64,000 bases of DNA from Camelus dromedarius (lineage: Eukaryota): NCBI RefSeq assembly GCF_036321535.1, contig NC_087437.1:34350001-34414000 (forward strand). Direction: 5' to 3'. The notes below the pieces were generated by a model. The model saw only the letters and a list, made by a program, of their open reading frames with translations. It had not been told where the DNA came from and searched no databases. The position numbers and the translations under genes are program-made. Shown in pieces: positions 28,487 through 42,838 of this stretch (position 1 is its first letter; each line of letters starts with the position of its first letter).

Positions 28487-29899
28487 TTAATAAGCAGATT
28501 GGTACTATTTTAAATAAAGTGTCCTCAGTTTCACAGTAATGCTGTATGTGTTTCTATTACGGCACTTGGTGCATTGTTCTGAAATTACTCACTTACACAT
28601 CTGTATCCCTGACTAGAAAGCAGATTGCATCCCCAGCACCCAGCACATAGTAAGTACTCAATAAACGTTTATTCTAGGAAGCACAATATGTAAATTGAGG
28701 AATCATAAGTTCAAGTTCTGCCACTTATTAGCTCTGTGATTTGGGCAAGTCATCTAATGTTTCTCATTTGAAAAATAGTAGCAGCACAGCATAGTGAAAA
28801 GAGGATGGATTTTTGGCTGGACAGACCAGGATTAGAAATCTGTTTTCACCACCTGTCGGCCATATGATCTTAATAAACTTAACCTAAACAACAGTTTCCT
28901 TATTTGTAAGATGGAGATAATGATGACTTACCTAACGTGTCTAGCTAACTGCCTATTACACAGCAGATACTGAGCAAATAAAAACTATAATAACAATAAC
29001 ATGATGAACATGATCATATTTCCTATAGGTCACGCAATGTTATTGTTGAGCTGAATGTAGATTTCTGGGAAACATTCTGTAAACTGTAAAACACTAAATA
29101 AAAGTAAGCTATGTCCATGTTTATTGAACAAATGGATGAATGAATGAATAAATAATTCTTATGTTTTTATGGTATAATATAATTCAAAGATAGGAAATGA
29201 GTGAAGAGAACACTTACAAACTGAAAAATCCATCCCCAAATAATCAAAGGTGTTTCAGTTTAAAATGTTTTATTATTCCTATATATTCTGAACTTCTCTC
29301 AATTACTTTCATAGAACCAATTCCTTAAACCAGATTAAGTCTGATATTCAGATCTAGGAGATGGAGGAAGGAAAAGGTTGCAGTAAGTAGGCACACTGGT
29401 GGGAATTCATCTTGGAAAAGGCAGAGCCTGATACCCATTTCAATAAGTAAATGCATGCATAAAGTCAAACGTGAATAAATCGCTCCTAATAATTAGTAAG
29501 TCTGGGGTTCACAGGTATGATAAACCTATGTACTTCCGTGCTTCAGAAAAAATATCACAGCATGCTTCATTTATGCAGTCATAGAATTAACCTTCATTCT
29601 TTGTCAAGAGAGCTTATAAGAATAGTGAGTGCAAAGTTTTTTTATATCTTCTTACGAAATATCTGAGATTTCTGAGGACTGAGATATATATACATGCCAG
29701 GGAAATATAAACTACCTAAACCACAATGTTGAACAGAACAAGAGAATTTTCCATACAACTATTTGAAAAATCAAATGAAAATTTAATAATTGACTATGTA
29801 TAGACGATTTTCTCTGTCTGGAACTTTTCATATAAACCAGTGTATTGCTTGCATGTTTGTTTTAAAAATAATATTTTTATTACCAAAAAAGGGGCAACA

Positions 29900-30125
29900 G
29901 TCATTAAGAACCTGGATTCAAATCCCAGCTGGTAATTTGACCTAGGGTGAGTTACTTAATTACTCTGTGTCCTTTAGTTTCTTTATTCTGTAAAATGAGA
30001 ATAATAATAATAATAACAACAACAACAATAACAACAACAACACAGAGTAAATTAGATCATGAACATAAAAGATAGTATAATAGTGCTTAATAAGTAATTG
30101 TGCTTAATAAATAATAGTTGTTATT
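29900..30125 (+). mobile_element. MIR SINE with internal (AAT/AAC)n expansion
   Basis: 'ctggattcaaatcccagct...gagttacttaa...ctgtaaaatgagaataata'; trinucleotide run at 30001-30042. Confidence 0.7.
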
Positions 30126-31245
30126 ATTTAAAATACTTGTAGTTTTTTTAATTTAATGAAATATATTTTGGTATGATGAGTCTCAGCACTACCTCATTCC
30201 CACTACTGCTCCCTGGTATCTTCCTTTAATAAATATTTTGTGTCTTAATAAATGACCTGACAAGAGAGGGGAGGCAACATTAAAACAGAACAGAAGAAAA
30301 GCAATTTATTATTTTGATACATATTAACTGGTATGAGAAAAGTAGTGACAAAAAATTAAGTAACAGCTTTTAAACTTCTGGTAAATATTTTAAAAAGCAA
30401 TCTTTCTAATGCAAGTAACACATAATGATACCAGTTCTACAGATTCAAACATTACGTCCTTGTCACTAAAACCAGTAGAACAAATCCTTCATCTAGGGCA
30501 GTCGAGAGCCTTACCTTTCTTCAAACAAACCCTAAACTGAGATCTTCTCTATTTTCTTCAACCCCCATGAAAATTAATTATTCAAAATCCTATGTGCACT
30601 AAGTGATTGTGATTTCCTCACATTCTATAGCTCCTTCCCTATTTCTCAACGGTTTAACTTGGTAGCCTTTTTGACTTTTCCCAAAGCCTCCATCTCTTTC
30701 AAGTAAGAAAAAAATTTTCATGTAAAATTGAGCTGCTTCTTTCTTTATCCCCTCTCTCCTTTGCTTCTCCCATTTCATTACTCCAGGCTTGGCTGTATTC
30801 TAAGTTGCAAATTCTGATTAGTAACAGATTTACACACAAGTGAGTGGCAATTTTTAATATATAGTTGTAGCAATTGATATTGTTAATTAAGTTGGATAAC
30901 TTTTTGTTGTATATTACTGAGTTTTAGCTTACCAAGACTACATTTCATGTTTTTCATTTCATTTATTCATCCAAAAATATCTATCTATCTACCTACCTAT
31001 CTATCTATTTATTTATAAATTTATTTCTGAAGTACCTACTACATGCTGGGCACTTTGCTAGGTACTGAGTCTACAGTGGTGAGTAAGATGCATACATTCT
31101 CTATTCCCAATTTTCCATTAAATGATTAAGCTATAACCACACAATGCTATTAATAGAAGCACAAAATGAAAATAAAATCCTTATTCACAACTCTTGAAAG
31201 TTTTATAGTGGTTACTTGAGTTTTCTGGATAGTTGAGAAGTCAAC

Positions 31246-31767
31246 TGGTGGCATACCAGAGCCAGCCTGTACGACTGTTATATTTTCAGGAATTTTGCAA
31301 GCCAACTGTTAAATAAGGCTATTATTTAAAATTAAACTATAGAGGGGTGAGTATAGATCAGTAGCAGAGCACATGCCTAGCATGCATGAGGTCCTGGGTT
31401 TAATCCCCAGTACCTCCATTAAAAAATGTTTTTAAATAAAAATAAATTAAATTATATAACATAATTAAGCAATTATATTCAAAACGAAGATAATAAATAC
31501 TCAAAATCTATCATTTCTAAATTATTTTATTACATTTTCTTATTATCTATGCACTTCAGATTATTTAGATCTCTTTTATCTATATGGTGGCAATTCTACA
31601 TAATGGTTTGTCACTGTGCATCCCTTTTTAATTCTGTGACATCATATTGGTAGCTTGAAATTGGCTATGGTAGAAGTATTTACTTCAAAGAAATTGGCAA
31701 ACACTGCAAATCAGGTTGGTTGGTTTGTTTCCAGAAAGCCAGTTCAACATTTATCAGCACACATTGA
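31246..31767. mobile_element. hAT-family DNA transposon remnant (MER63-like), interrupted by a SINE
   Basis: 'ggtagcttgaaattggctatggtagaagtattta...aaattggcaaacactgcaaatcagg' and terminal 'catttatcagcacac' resemble recalled MER63. Confidence 0.65.
31344..31443 (+). mobile_element. tRNA-derived SINE (Vic-1-like) nested in the MER63-like element
   Basis: 'gcatgcatgaggtcctgggtttaatccccagtacctccatt'; TSD aaattaaa(c/t)tata at 31329-31341 and 31444-31456. Confidence 0.85.
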
Positions 31768-32377
31768 GTTATGCTTTTAAAAAACACAAAGTAAGTTTAT
31801 AAAGCTTTAGGCACAAGTTTCTTGAATGTATTGAATCATTCCCTACTTTCTAATATAAAGTATATTTAATATATTTTCTTTCATCATTTCTGGACAACTC
31901 TGGATTATCAATATGAACATCCATGATTACCCTGGGCTATGACATGAAGCCCAAATACCTCCATGTGTCCTTACTGAGTGTCTTTCAGCCTGTTGTCAGG
32001 CTGCTAGCTGTCACCTCTGCCAGCAGTTATGTGGTTCCTTTTCCCATCATTCATCAGATGCTCCTAATTGTCTCTGGGCTTTAAATCGAATTATACTAAA
32101 GTCCTTAGAGCTATGAGTAAAGTAAGGGCAAACACTATCTCAGAGAAGATATTTTGTTTTATAAAAGTGATTACTAACCTTTGATGCACAAACTTTATTA
32201 GATCTATTTTCCCTGCTCATAGCTCACTTTTTATCACTTCTTGGTTGGGAGTAAGTTCAAGATCGGTGAGGTTCTGAGGAAATTAAGTTTAAACCAACTC
32301 ATATTGATATGAAAGCTTGAAAGTAAATTCATCCTCACAGACAAAACTCTGAATTTTTAAGAAATGCAAGATGCTTA

Positions 32378-32497
<120 letters not shown>

Positions 32498-33559
32498 CTA
32501 AACAAGGAAAAATGAAACACCAACAAACATTAAAATACATCAAACTTTTAATTAGGAAGTTAGCAAGATTTTGAAACACACAAAAAATTCAACATATTCT
32601 TGACTACCTAAATATAAAAAAGAAGAATTCAATAGGAACTAGGCATAATAACATATTTGGGTATAAAAATCAACCAACAAAAGAGCAGACATAGAAAACG
32701 TCTTAGAAATGAGTAGAAAAAGACCTATAGAGATTTCTAACCTGAAAGCCAATCTGTATGATGTAGCAATAAAGCAATATGGTGAAAAACACTACAACAC
32801 TGAGATACATTGTCAAAGGAATATGGCATAGTTGGAAAGAGACTGTATGATTTCTGCCCAAAACGGTAAAAGGATCTCTTTTTAGGGGTAGATTTTACTT
32901 TAAGATTTAACTTCTAGAAAAAGAGATATAATAACTTGAAAAATCAAAAGAGGAGTAGGTGGTGTCAGTAAAGAAACCAATTGCATAGTGAAGAAGCCAA
33001 GCTGCACAGAGTGGGGTGGAACACATTTCCATATGTAAAAACACATGTAAGATAATATGTAAGAAAGCTAAGCACCAACTAATAAATGGAGACTTGCCTA
33101 TGATAGTCAAAATCATTATAAAAGTTTAACTGAATAAAGTTTACAAGGATTTTAACACTAGGCAGTATCAGCCAAAAATCTTGAAGTTTATGGATAATCT
33201 GCAACAAATTAAGAAAAATGTTGGTCAAGTCAAATTTATGAAACCTCTGATCAATACCAGAATGGGTAAGACCTGATAGTAAGAGGTGAAAAAATTGAGA
33301 AAAAGAGATTAATTGTACCTAGAAGTTAGTATTTCTTTAAACTCCACTCAAAATGTTATCTTTCTAAATTAATGTGAAAATTATAGTATTAATGTAGAAT
33401 AAAAGGGTATGGAAAGAAAAATAGGAAGATAAAGTCAAACTTCTTATAAATACTTTTTCGAAGTACTTATACCTATAAGGCATATTATATTTTTATTACC
33501 TATTCCCCAACTCCTAACCCCACCAAACTATTATCACCATGACAAGGATTATATATGTA

Positions 33560-35230
33560 TAATCTTTGGCCCAGCAATCTTACCTATATAATTCTATCCC
33601 AAAATAAATGAGCAAAACTATGAAATAACATACACACAGGCTATTACTACATACAGCACTACTGATAATAGCAAAAGAATGAGAACAGCCCAAATGTCTA
33701 TCAATATAGGATAGGTTGACTCAATTGTGGTACATTCACAAAGTAGAATAATATACAGCTATAAAAAGGACTGCGTAAGATCTATGGAGTGATCTCCACA
33801 ATATATTGTAAAATAAAAATGCAAGATGCAGAACACTGTGTATAGTATGATACCTTTCATCTTGTAAAGGGAAGGATATGAAGGTATATAGATTTGTTTA
33901 TCTAAAAAAAAAACAAAAAATCTAAAACAGTATTCAGTAATATATTATTACAATAATATTGAGATTGTTATTTTAAACTATATTTTAAGATATATTAATG
34001 TCTTTAGGAACCAAAATTTTTTTGTAAGAGGTAGGAACTGCAAATAAAAAAATCAACAGTAAAATTCCATAACCTTGAATTTGAACTTGAAACCTCAGTA
34101 TACACTCATGACATATTTTTATCTGTCAAAAACAAATACATTTTGTCTAGAAGTAATGATCAAACCAGTAGCAATGAGCACACCTAGAACCTGGATCATG
34201 GTCTCTAAATAACATTCCCCCTCAAAAGGAACAATGCCTTATTGGAAAAGTAGCTGATTCCAAGTCTGGGACAGGAAATGGGTAAGGAGCCTGGAACGTC
34301 TTGTCAGAAATGCAAATAAGCTATTAAAACCATCTCAAAAGAACACAGGAGTCTACTGGCCAAAGATAGGATTATTCGAGCATTAAAGAGAACTGCAACG
34401 GATTGAAACATATCAAAAATGCTGAAATCTGCCAATTTATAATGATAACATCAGCAGCAGCAACATAGAACATAACATAACAACAAAGAAACTCTTTGGG
34501 CATGCTAGGAAATCAACTCATTATTTGAAAATTGGTATATAAAGAAAAATAATTCAGAATTTGTCTCATTTCAGGGTAATCAAATGGTTGATAAGGCAAG
34601 GCCTTTTATAGAAGAATTTTAGCTAATAAATGCAGAAAGAATGATAGAATTACAAGACGCAACTCCCAGTGAAACATGGTTCTTAATAAGCATCATCTAT
34701 GGCTGCTAAAAATATTAAAGCAAAAGTCTAATGAGAAACTATATGACAGATGAATCAGACTTATAACACCTGAACACACAGATCAATCTTATCATCACTA
34801 AAAGAGAGATAAGCTGACGTGTGTCTCCTGATGTAATAGGGAGTGAGCTGCATCACCTACAAAGTATCCTTTATACTTATGAGGGATCTAAATCTACCAA
34901 CCAGTCTACAGGAAATACAAGGGTCAGATGAACGTGTTAAATGTAATCATACCACAGGGATGCAAACAGGAAATGTGGGAAATTCAACAGAACGAATGAC
35001 CTGGTTTCTTAAATAAACAAATAAATAAATAACAAGGAGGAGGAATTATTCCAGATTTTAAAAGACTGAAGAGACAAATTAACTAAATGCAATATGGGGC
35101 TTTGCTTCCTGATACAAACCAACCGACCATAAAAATATATATTTAGAAAATAATTGGAGAAATGAGACATGTTACTGTAGAAAGTCTCAGGAGACAACTA
35201 GAGAAACGCAAAATATCACTATGATTATGT
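33560..35230 (+). mobile_element. Old L1 (L1MC/ME-like) 3' region
   Basis: 'ggcccagcaatc', 'cccaaatgtctatcaata', 'tgtggtacattca' and long decayed 3'UTR motifs; boundaries approximate. Confidence 0.65.
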
Positions 35231-37799
35231 TAACATAAAAACAGTTCTTATCTTTGAGACATTTTTTAAAAAGTCTTAACAAAAAAGTGTTGCCAGGACT
35301 AGTGGTAAAGAAAAAGATACCGATATGTTTGCTTCACTCTTCAATGAGTGGAGGAAATGACTGCAAAGAGAGAGTAGTCCGACGGCAGGTGCTTCAAAGG
35401 AGCTGGAGTTCTTTAGGGAAGAAGGCACTGTGGTCTGGACTCAGCAATGAGGGGTAAGGAAGATACCTACCCGACCTCCAGAGCCAGTAATACTTGGCAT
35501 AAAGAAGCCTCCTACTTGAGAAGGCTGTAGGAGAAACACTGGTCTCAGGAATCAGCTGGGTTTTACTTAGAACAAAAATGTGAAGCGTGCTTTCAGTGAA
35601 GCGGCAGAGCTCTGTGTTCACGGGCACAGGTTTATGCTGCCGGCTGTGTACCATACAACTCTAGGTCTCAGCGATGAGCTCCCTGGAACTGAGCAAGCCA
35701 TGACTGTACACAATGCCTCTGTGCGTCTCTCTTAAAATGCTAGGCTGTTCTAGGTCTTCTTCCAGAAGGGGAGAAGAGAGCTACCCCACAGACCCCCATG
35801 CTCTGATTTCAGAGACCTGGCTCAGGCCATTTGTCTCACTTCAAGTCCTTTCAGGTCCATCAGCCTGCAAGAGCCACGCTCTGCGCTGCCTCTGCCTCCC
35901 TGCTTCTGGACCAGGAGTCAAGCAGATTGGAGACGTCAGTCTACACTCTGCATTTTTGTTCCATTTCTGGTCCATAGAGATGTTGATCCTGTTTTTGAGT
36001 CCAGATAAGTCTTTTAAAAAATATTTCATATATTATTGATCTCCTTGGAGCCAAAGGTATGTCTCTTCCTTCCAAGCTGAACTTATGACACCATTTTTAC
36101 CAGAAGTCTGAGCTCCCAGAGATTTTTAAAAGGTCCAAAACGCTATCCTCTCCTAGAAACATTTTAAAGCTAATGGAATGAAATAAAAGTTTCTAAAGGA
36201 AGTTATATGGTAGTTTCTTTAAAGCAACGTGATACCCAGTGAAATAAACTAGCTGTTAATACAAGTGTAGGAAAATTCAATATTTAAATAATCCCATTGT
36301 ATAAGCCTCTGCCATTATTCAAATTAAAAGTCATATTGGCCTAAAGTGACACATGGGGTAATTCTCTTTTTTTGTGAATCTTGGAACACTAGAACCAAAC
36401 AGGAATAAAGCATCCCAGTCATAATAACAAACTAAAGATGTGCTGATAAGTACTGTTAAAATTTAAAAACTATGGCAAACCCCACATCAGAAATGTCCTG
36501 TGCTGAAGTTTAAAATGCACCCATTTACTTTGTTCAATTCAGGACAGCTCCAGGATTAACCTCTTGATAACTTAATCACCTAATACTCTACATGACCACA
36601 GTATTCAGACTCCTGACTAACGTTAAGTCCAAAACTTCCGCTTCCACGTTTCCAAAATACTCATTTAATCCAAAACATAGATATAATCATAGCAATAATT
36701 ACCTTTTATTTTTATTTTACATATATCATCTCATTTAATCCTCAAAAATCACTCTTTCATTAACTCTTATCTTTACAGGAGATTGAGTGACTAAGAATCA
36801 AACTGTACCATGACAACAATTAAAAGCCAAGGCTGCGCCCCATGCTGAAGTAAGAGTGGTGGGAAAGAGAAAATGGTAAACTCGAGATCTGAGGAATGTC
36901 TCAGCTCCTCCAACTGTACCCTCTCCCTTCCAGGTACTCCCTCCCAACAAAGACATCAACTATCCTTTTGGAAAGAATCATCTACTGGGATTCAGTGTGG
37001 AGACGAGGAAAATTAACAAACCTTCCCACTCTAGGTTATGGTGTCACCTAAAAGCTGAGGTCCAGGGAGACAGGTAGGGCAATGGAGCCTATTGCTAGGT
37101 AGCAACTGCCAGGTCCAGGTCTAGACTTAACAATCGGGACTCAACATGATCTCTGGTTTCCGAGTCTACTAAGCTTCTAAGGAAACTGCAAAACTCCAAC
37201 CCAGGCAAACAAAAAGTTGTGATTGTTGTCCCTATAGCAATCTGTGGCTCCGCCTTACAACATTAAGTGAGCTGCTAAAATATTCAGACCACAGAAAAGG
37301 AATCCTCCAAATGGGAGATCATCAGAAGGGTAAACTAGAGTTGCCACATTAACCATGCAACTAACTTTAATGCTAAGGAGAAGAGTTCTCAGGATATCCC
37401 TGGCCAGCTGGGTTTTTGCTATGGACCTGGTCATTATGGTGTGTTGTTTTCCTTTCTCCCTTTTTCCAAATAGTTTTCATTGTAACCGCCCTGTTTTCCC
37501 TTCATCATTATAAATCAGGAATATGGAGAGGAGGGGGAATAATTAAAATTTGCATTTATTTATACTTTTCCAGACCAGAGATTTGGAGCTGGAATGACTA
37601 GATGAGTCTGGGTTATCATCTTTTAGAAAGGGGAACTTGTTTTAGCAATACTATATTAGCTGGCCCCCATGCACTATATGAATAAAACTGTGTCCTCAAA
37701 TCAGCTGGTTAGAACTCACAATGCACTCGTTGTCATAGACACAACACTATAAATAATGTTTTGGTTCCCAGGTTAACTAAAATGTATATGTATATTTAC

Positions 37800-38400
37800 A
37801 CCATCACCTAGATCCAACTACTAATTTACAGGAAATACAGAAGACAGAGAAATATGTCAAACCACACCATGGGGATACAATCAGTAAAGGCCAAACTGTG
37901 GGGCTAGACAAACAATTTGGTTTTTTCAACAAATAAACTGCAGGGGGGAAAACAGAAATGGAAGGGGAATCTATAGACTAAAATTGACTTTAAAGATATA
38001 TTAGCCAATTGCAACATATAAACCATTTTGGATCCTTATTCAAACAAACAAATTTTTAAAATGTGACATGGGGGAATTGATGAAAATTTGAACACTGCTT
38101 GGATATTTGATAATATTAAGGAATTATTATTTTTAAGGTATGAGAATAGCATTGTGGGTATGTTAAAAAGGGTCCTTATCTTTTAGCTGTATATACTGAA
38201 ATTTTCACAGCTGAAATATGATAGCTGAATTTGCTTCAAAATACTTGAGGGAGGGAGAGAGTAGATATGGACATGGATGGGGCAGGCCTGATCCTGAGTT
38301 AATGGCTGTTGGGGCTGGGTGATAACTACATAGAGATTCATTATACTATTCTGTCTACTTTTGCGTATGTTTTAAATTCTCCATAATAAGTTTAAAATTT
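37800..38400 (+). mobile_element. Old L1MC-like 3' end
   Basis: 'ggatatttgataatattaaggaattatt' ... 'ttcattatactattctgtctacttttgcgtatgttttaaattctccataataa'. Confidence 0.75.
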
Positions 38401-39206
38401 TTTAAATAACGAAACAGAATAAAGAAAGTGTATAAGGCACCTAATTATTATTATTCTGGTGACCATATTATCCAATTTGAAAAAACTTGAATACTTAGGC
38501 TAAAGGATTCTTGAATAGACCCATCCAGGAAATCACAAGACATATGCCTTCAAATTTTTATAGTGATTATAATCATCTGAATTCTGAATACTGAAGATAG
38601 AGGTAAGTGATACGGATAGGAAGAAGAAAAGGAAGGTAGAGTTCCCTTTTCTCTGGGAGAGGGTTTGTCTTTGGCCACTCCTATTACCTCTCATCAACTA
38701 ACTTTAAAATACTTCTTGAGTGCTTATTATACACAAAGCATTGGCCTAGGCCCTGTAGGAAGGTAAAGATGAGTGAAATTTAGTACTGAACCCTTAAGAA
38801 GCTTACAATTGACTAAGTAACCCCTCCCACTGATGTTCTCAGATCTGTAAAATATTTCTCCCCCCAACTCCGTTGGCACATTTCAACCTTCCTGTCTTAA
38901 TCTATAAAGAATTTCACTCCAAAAGTACCTGTTTTTCTTCCTAATTCCCAGTAAGAACTTCCCACCATTTCCCCATTTTAGCTTGCCTTAGGTAATTCTT
39001 AAAAGGAAAAAGAAAATGTTTTTGAATCAGGTTAGATAAACTCACACAATTATAAATTTAAAAAATAATGTAATTCTGACAGTGACCAGCAGGTTAGGTC
39101 TGCCTTGAGGTCAGTTCCAGGAGTTAAATCTAACTTGTCACAGCTTCCTCCCTCCTTCCTCAACAGAATCCACATATTCCCTCAAGGCTTTAAGTTTCAC
39201 TAACCC

Positions 39207-39795
39207 TGTCGAACCCAAGTTCCTGTGCCTGAGGCACAGTGAGGCCAAACAAACCAAAACGTTGAAGTTTGGATCAGAGAAAGGTTTATTGCAAGGGCTA
39301 TGCAAGAAGAACAGGCAGCTCATGCTCGAAAGGCCCTAATTCCCTCAGAGTTTTGGGGGAAGACTTTTTTTTGTTTTTTTTTTCTTTTTGGAGTTCTTTT
39401 CCAGATTCTTTTCCATTGGGGGAAGAGTTTTTAATAGCAAAATTTGGGGTAGGGACTGCAGGGTATGTGACTTTCTTCTGATTAGTTGGTGGTGAGGTAA
39501 CAGGGTGATGTTTCTGAAATATCATCCTTCTAGTTCTAACCAGTCTGGTTCAAGCATGTAGTCACCATCCTCCACTTGGGTGGGGTCTTAGTTTCTGTAG
39601 AACAGCTCAAACACATGGGCTCTCGTACTTAGGAGGGCCCCCGCAGGGTCCTGCTCGGTTTCAATGCCCCATTTTCTTTGATACTCCACCATCTTGGGGG
39701 GAACCGGCATGGGACAAGAAAGGGAATAATGTTTTTGATAGAGAGGTTAACATAAACTTGGCAGATGAATTTGGTTTTGGGGGGACTCAGTTTCA
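39207..39795 (-). mobile_element. Solo ERV1-type LTR in the same orientation as IFT80
   Basis: Minus strand begins tgaaactgagtcc and ends ggttcgaca (TG...CA); flanks accc / tccc; AATAAA on the minus strand at 39285-39290. Confidence 0.8.
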
Positions 39796-40012
39796 TCCCC
39801 GCCTCAACCCCATAACTGCAGTAGCTGTGGGAACTCAGTTCTATATCAGTGAAAGGTTCATATTTTATGTCATGAAAAAGTCACTAACCATATAGTTAAA
39901 ATATTTCTAATATGACTGAATTTTTATACATAATCAATGAAGATAATTCCATATTCTGTATTGTGAACTAATGTGAAAAGAAGCAGATTTAATCAAACAT
40001 GGAACACAATCA

Positions 40013-40219
<207 letters not shown>

Positions 40220-40826
40220 TCAATTTATTTAAAAATTTTTAAAGAGGTTTTAAACTGAGCATATGTTAACATATTCAGGTAATTTTAAAAAGAACGTACC
40301 TGAAAAAAAATAAAAAATAAAAAAATAAAAAGAACGTACCTGTATTCAAGAATTACTAAGAAATGCTTTTCTTAATGAGATATAATTTTTAAAGTACACA
40401 GCAGAATAAATAACATGATAAAAGTGTATGAAATCTCTCAAGAACTGCAAAACACCCATACCATTTTGATTTACATTATTACTTTTAAGCAGTAATACTG
40501 AAAAGTGAAATACAAAGATTCCACAGAGAGAAGCAAAGACATTTTACTATTAATTTGTAAGGATCTCTATAGTCTCTACATCTAAACATTTATTATAATA
40601 TTTCAACATTGTGTGTTCAATTTTTGATGACATTATTGAAATATTATAATGTAATCAAAATTGAACATACAGTGTAACTAAAATATCTCTGATACACATC
40701 TTACTCCATGAAAGGACAGGTAAATGGATTTTTTTCCACAATGCATTAAGTATAACCTCTTCTAGAAGCTATCTGAGAAAGCTATCTAGAGATACCAATG
40801 AGTATCAACTGGGACAAAAGAGATTC

Positions 40827-40849
40827 GTGTGTGTGTGTGTGTGTGTGTG
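40827..40849. repeat. (GT)n microsatellite
   Basis: About 11 GT units read directly. Confidence 0.95.
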
Positions 40850-41026
40850 AATAAGACATTAAGAAAAAAAACTTTTTCAAAGACAGTGTTATATACATTT
40901 TCTTTCACTTTTCAGATGAAACGTATATTTACTAGAAGGATGATTTATTTATTTGACTAAATTTATATATATTTTCTTTCCATTCTTTCAATCTTATAAC
41001 CTGTAGTCAAATTAAGTCTTGATTTT

Positions 41027-41058
41027 GTTGTTGTTCTTGTTGTTGTTGTTGTTGTTGT
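41027..41058. repeat. (TTG)n microsatellite
   Basis: About 10 TTG units with one interruption. Confidence 0.9.
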
Positions 41059-41909
41059 CCTTGGATGGGTATTTCTTTTTCTTTTACATTATTTTTTAAA
41101 AATATGCATTATTAGCTATGGGCTCGCTGACAAAAAATTTGGAGAAAATCAAAAATATACATAAAAAATTTCATTCATTCACACTACTATAAAACAAGAC
41201 TTTAAATTCCCAATAAAAGTTCACATGTACAATAAAAAGGCTGAATGACTTACTACTCACTGACACTTTTTTTCAGCTCCCTCCTATTTCCCTTCAAACC
41301 TCTAACCTTTGTTTAAATAAAAGGCCCTGTAACAAAGCTATTATGGAGAAGGTAATGAAAAAACCATAAGCTTTGTTTCATCAGCAGCATGAAGATTCAT
41401 ATTTTAAAACTCTTTACTTTAAAGTATGATTTTAAAATACCCAAAGAACCAGAGAGAAACATCTTACTAAAATTAAACTTAAAAATAATTATCTAAGAAC
41501 TCATGGATGCCTGATCCTAACAGGAGAAAATGGAAAGAAATTTTAGATATTATCATCACCCTAAATTCCTCTGATTTCTTTCAGAGTCCACATGAACCAT
41601 GAAATCCAAGCTATATTAAATTCTTCTTTTAAAATTAAGAAGTGATTTCTTCCTCTTTGTGATTACTATAGTAATAAAAAAAATACAAGCACAAGCAAAT
41701 CATCAGAGAAGGAGTCTTTAATAGTTACTAAATTTGAAGGGACAGGGTTATATTTTGTCCAATCGGTAAATTTAATAACTTTTATTGGTAAATCAAAAGG
41801 ATCTATTTATTATTTGTCCTTTTTTATGATTTGTTAAGTATTTTTTCCTTTTATGCATTTCATCTTTCACTTCTTTAAACTGAAATATAGTCGATTTATG
41901 CATTTGTCC

Positions 41910-42035
41910 TTTTTCTAAACTGAGGTATAGTTGAATTACAAAATTAGTGTCAGGTGTACAACACAGAGATTCAAAATTTTTATAGAATATACTCCATTCA
42001 AATGTATTATAAAGTATTAGCTATATTCCCTGTGC
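41910..42035 (-). mobile_element. Short L1 3' end fragment (sense to IFT80)
   Basis: 'ctgaggtatagttgaattaca...tcaggtgtacaaca...tatactccatt...ctatattccctgtgc' is the reverse complement of the L1 tail type seen at 49636-49750. Confidence 0.7.
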
Positions 42036-42259
42036 TTATCATTTGTGCTTTTAAAGAGACTTGTAATGCTCTAAGTCTCTTTTCTTCTCCAAATAAGCCA
42101 TAGAACATTTGGTTCACATTTGCATTTCTAACGTCTAGAAAGAAATGAGGCAGACTCCTTGGATGTAATTGGGTGGTGCTAACGGCAAGAATCCTGAAGA
42201 CAAATTTTCAACTATCCTTCTCACTTACGCTTATCTCTTTCTTTGACCTTAGTTTAAGA

Positions 42260-42592
42260 TAGTGTTACTCAAAATGTGCTCAGGCCAGAAGCATCTGCAT
42301 CACCTGTGATCTCGTTAGAAATGCAAATTAATAGGTCCCACACCATCCTATTGAATCTGACCCTCTAGGGGATGAGGCCAGGAAACTTTTAATGAGCTCT
42401 TCAGGAGATTCTTAAGCATTGTAAAGTTAGGACACTGGTTCTCAACTCTGGTTGCACATTAGAATCATCTGGGAAGCTTTCAAAAAAATACCAAAACCCA
42501 AGAATTCAACTAACTAAATCCAGAATTTCTTGGGGTGGGGTCTGGATATGTTTTTACAAGTTCTCTTGGTGATTTTAATGTAGAGCCACTGT
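42260..42592. mobile_element. Two adjacent MER5-type (hAT-Charlie) MITEs
   Basis: 'gcatcacctg...gttagaaatgcaaat' and 'gttctcaactctggttgcacattagaatcatctgggaagc'. Confidence 0.75.
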
Positions 42593-42838
42593 TCTAAGAG
42601 AAAAGCAAAATCTGTGATTTGCTTTAAGACTATCATTAGCCACTGGCTCATTGCTAATATTGTGCCAATTCATCTGCTAACTGTTGAGAAAATTACAGGA
42701 CCTTTGTTTTAGCCTCTAATCCAGCCTCTCTTTGTTATATAAAAATTTGGTTTCTTACATTCATCAAGCTAGTCTTTTTATTTGAAACATTTTATTAGAA
42801 TTTCAGACATAAACTAAAATTGGAAGAATAACATAAAG

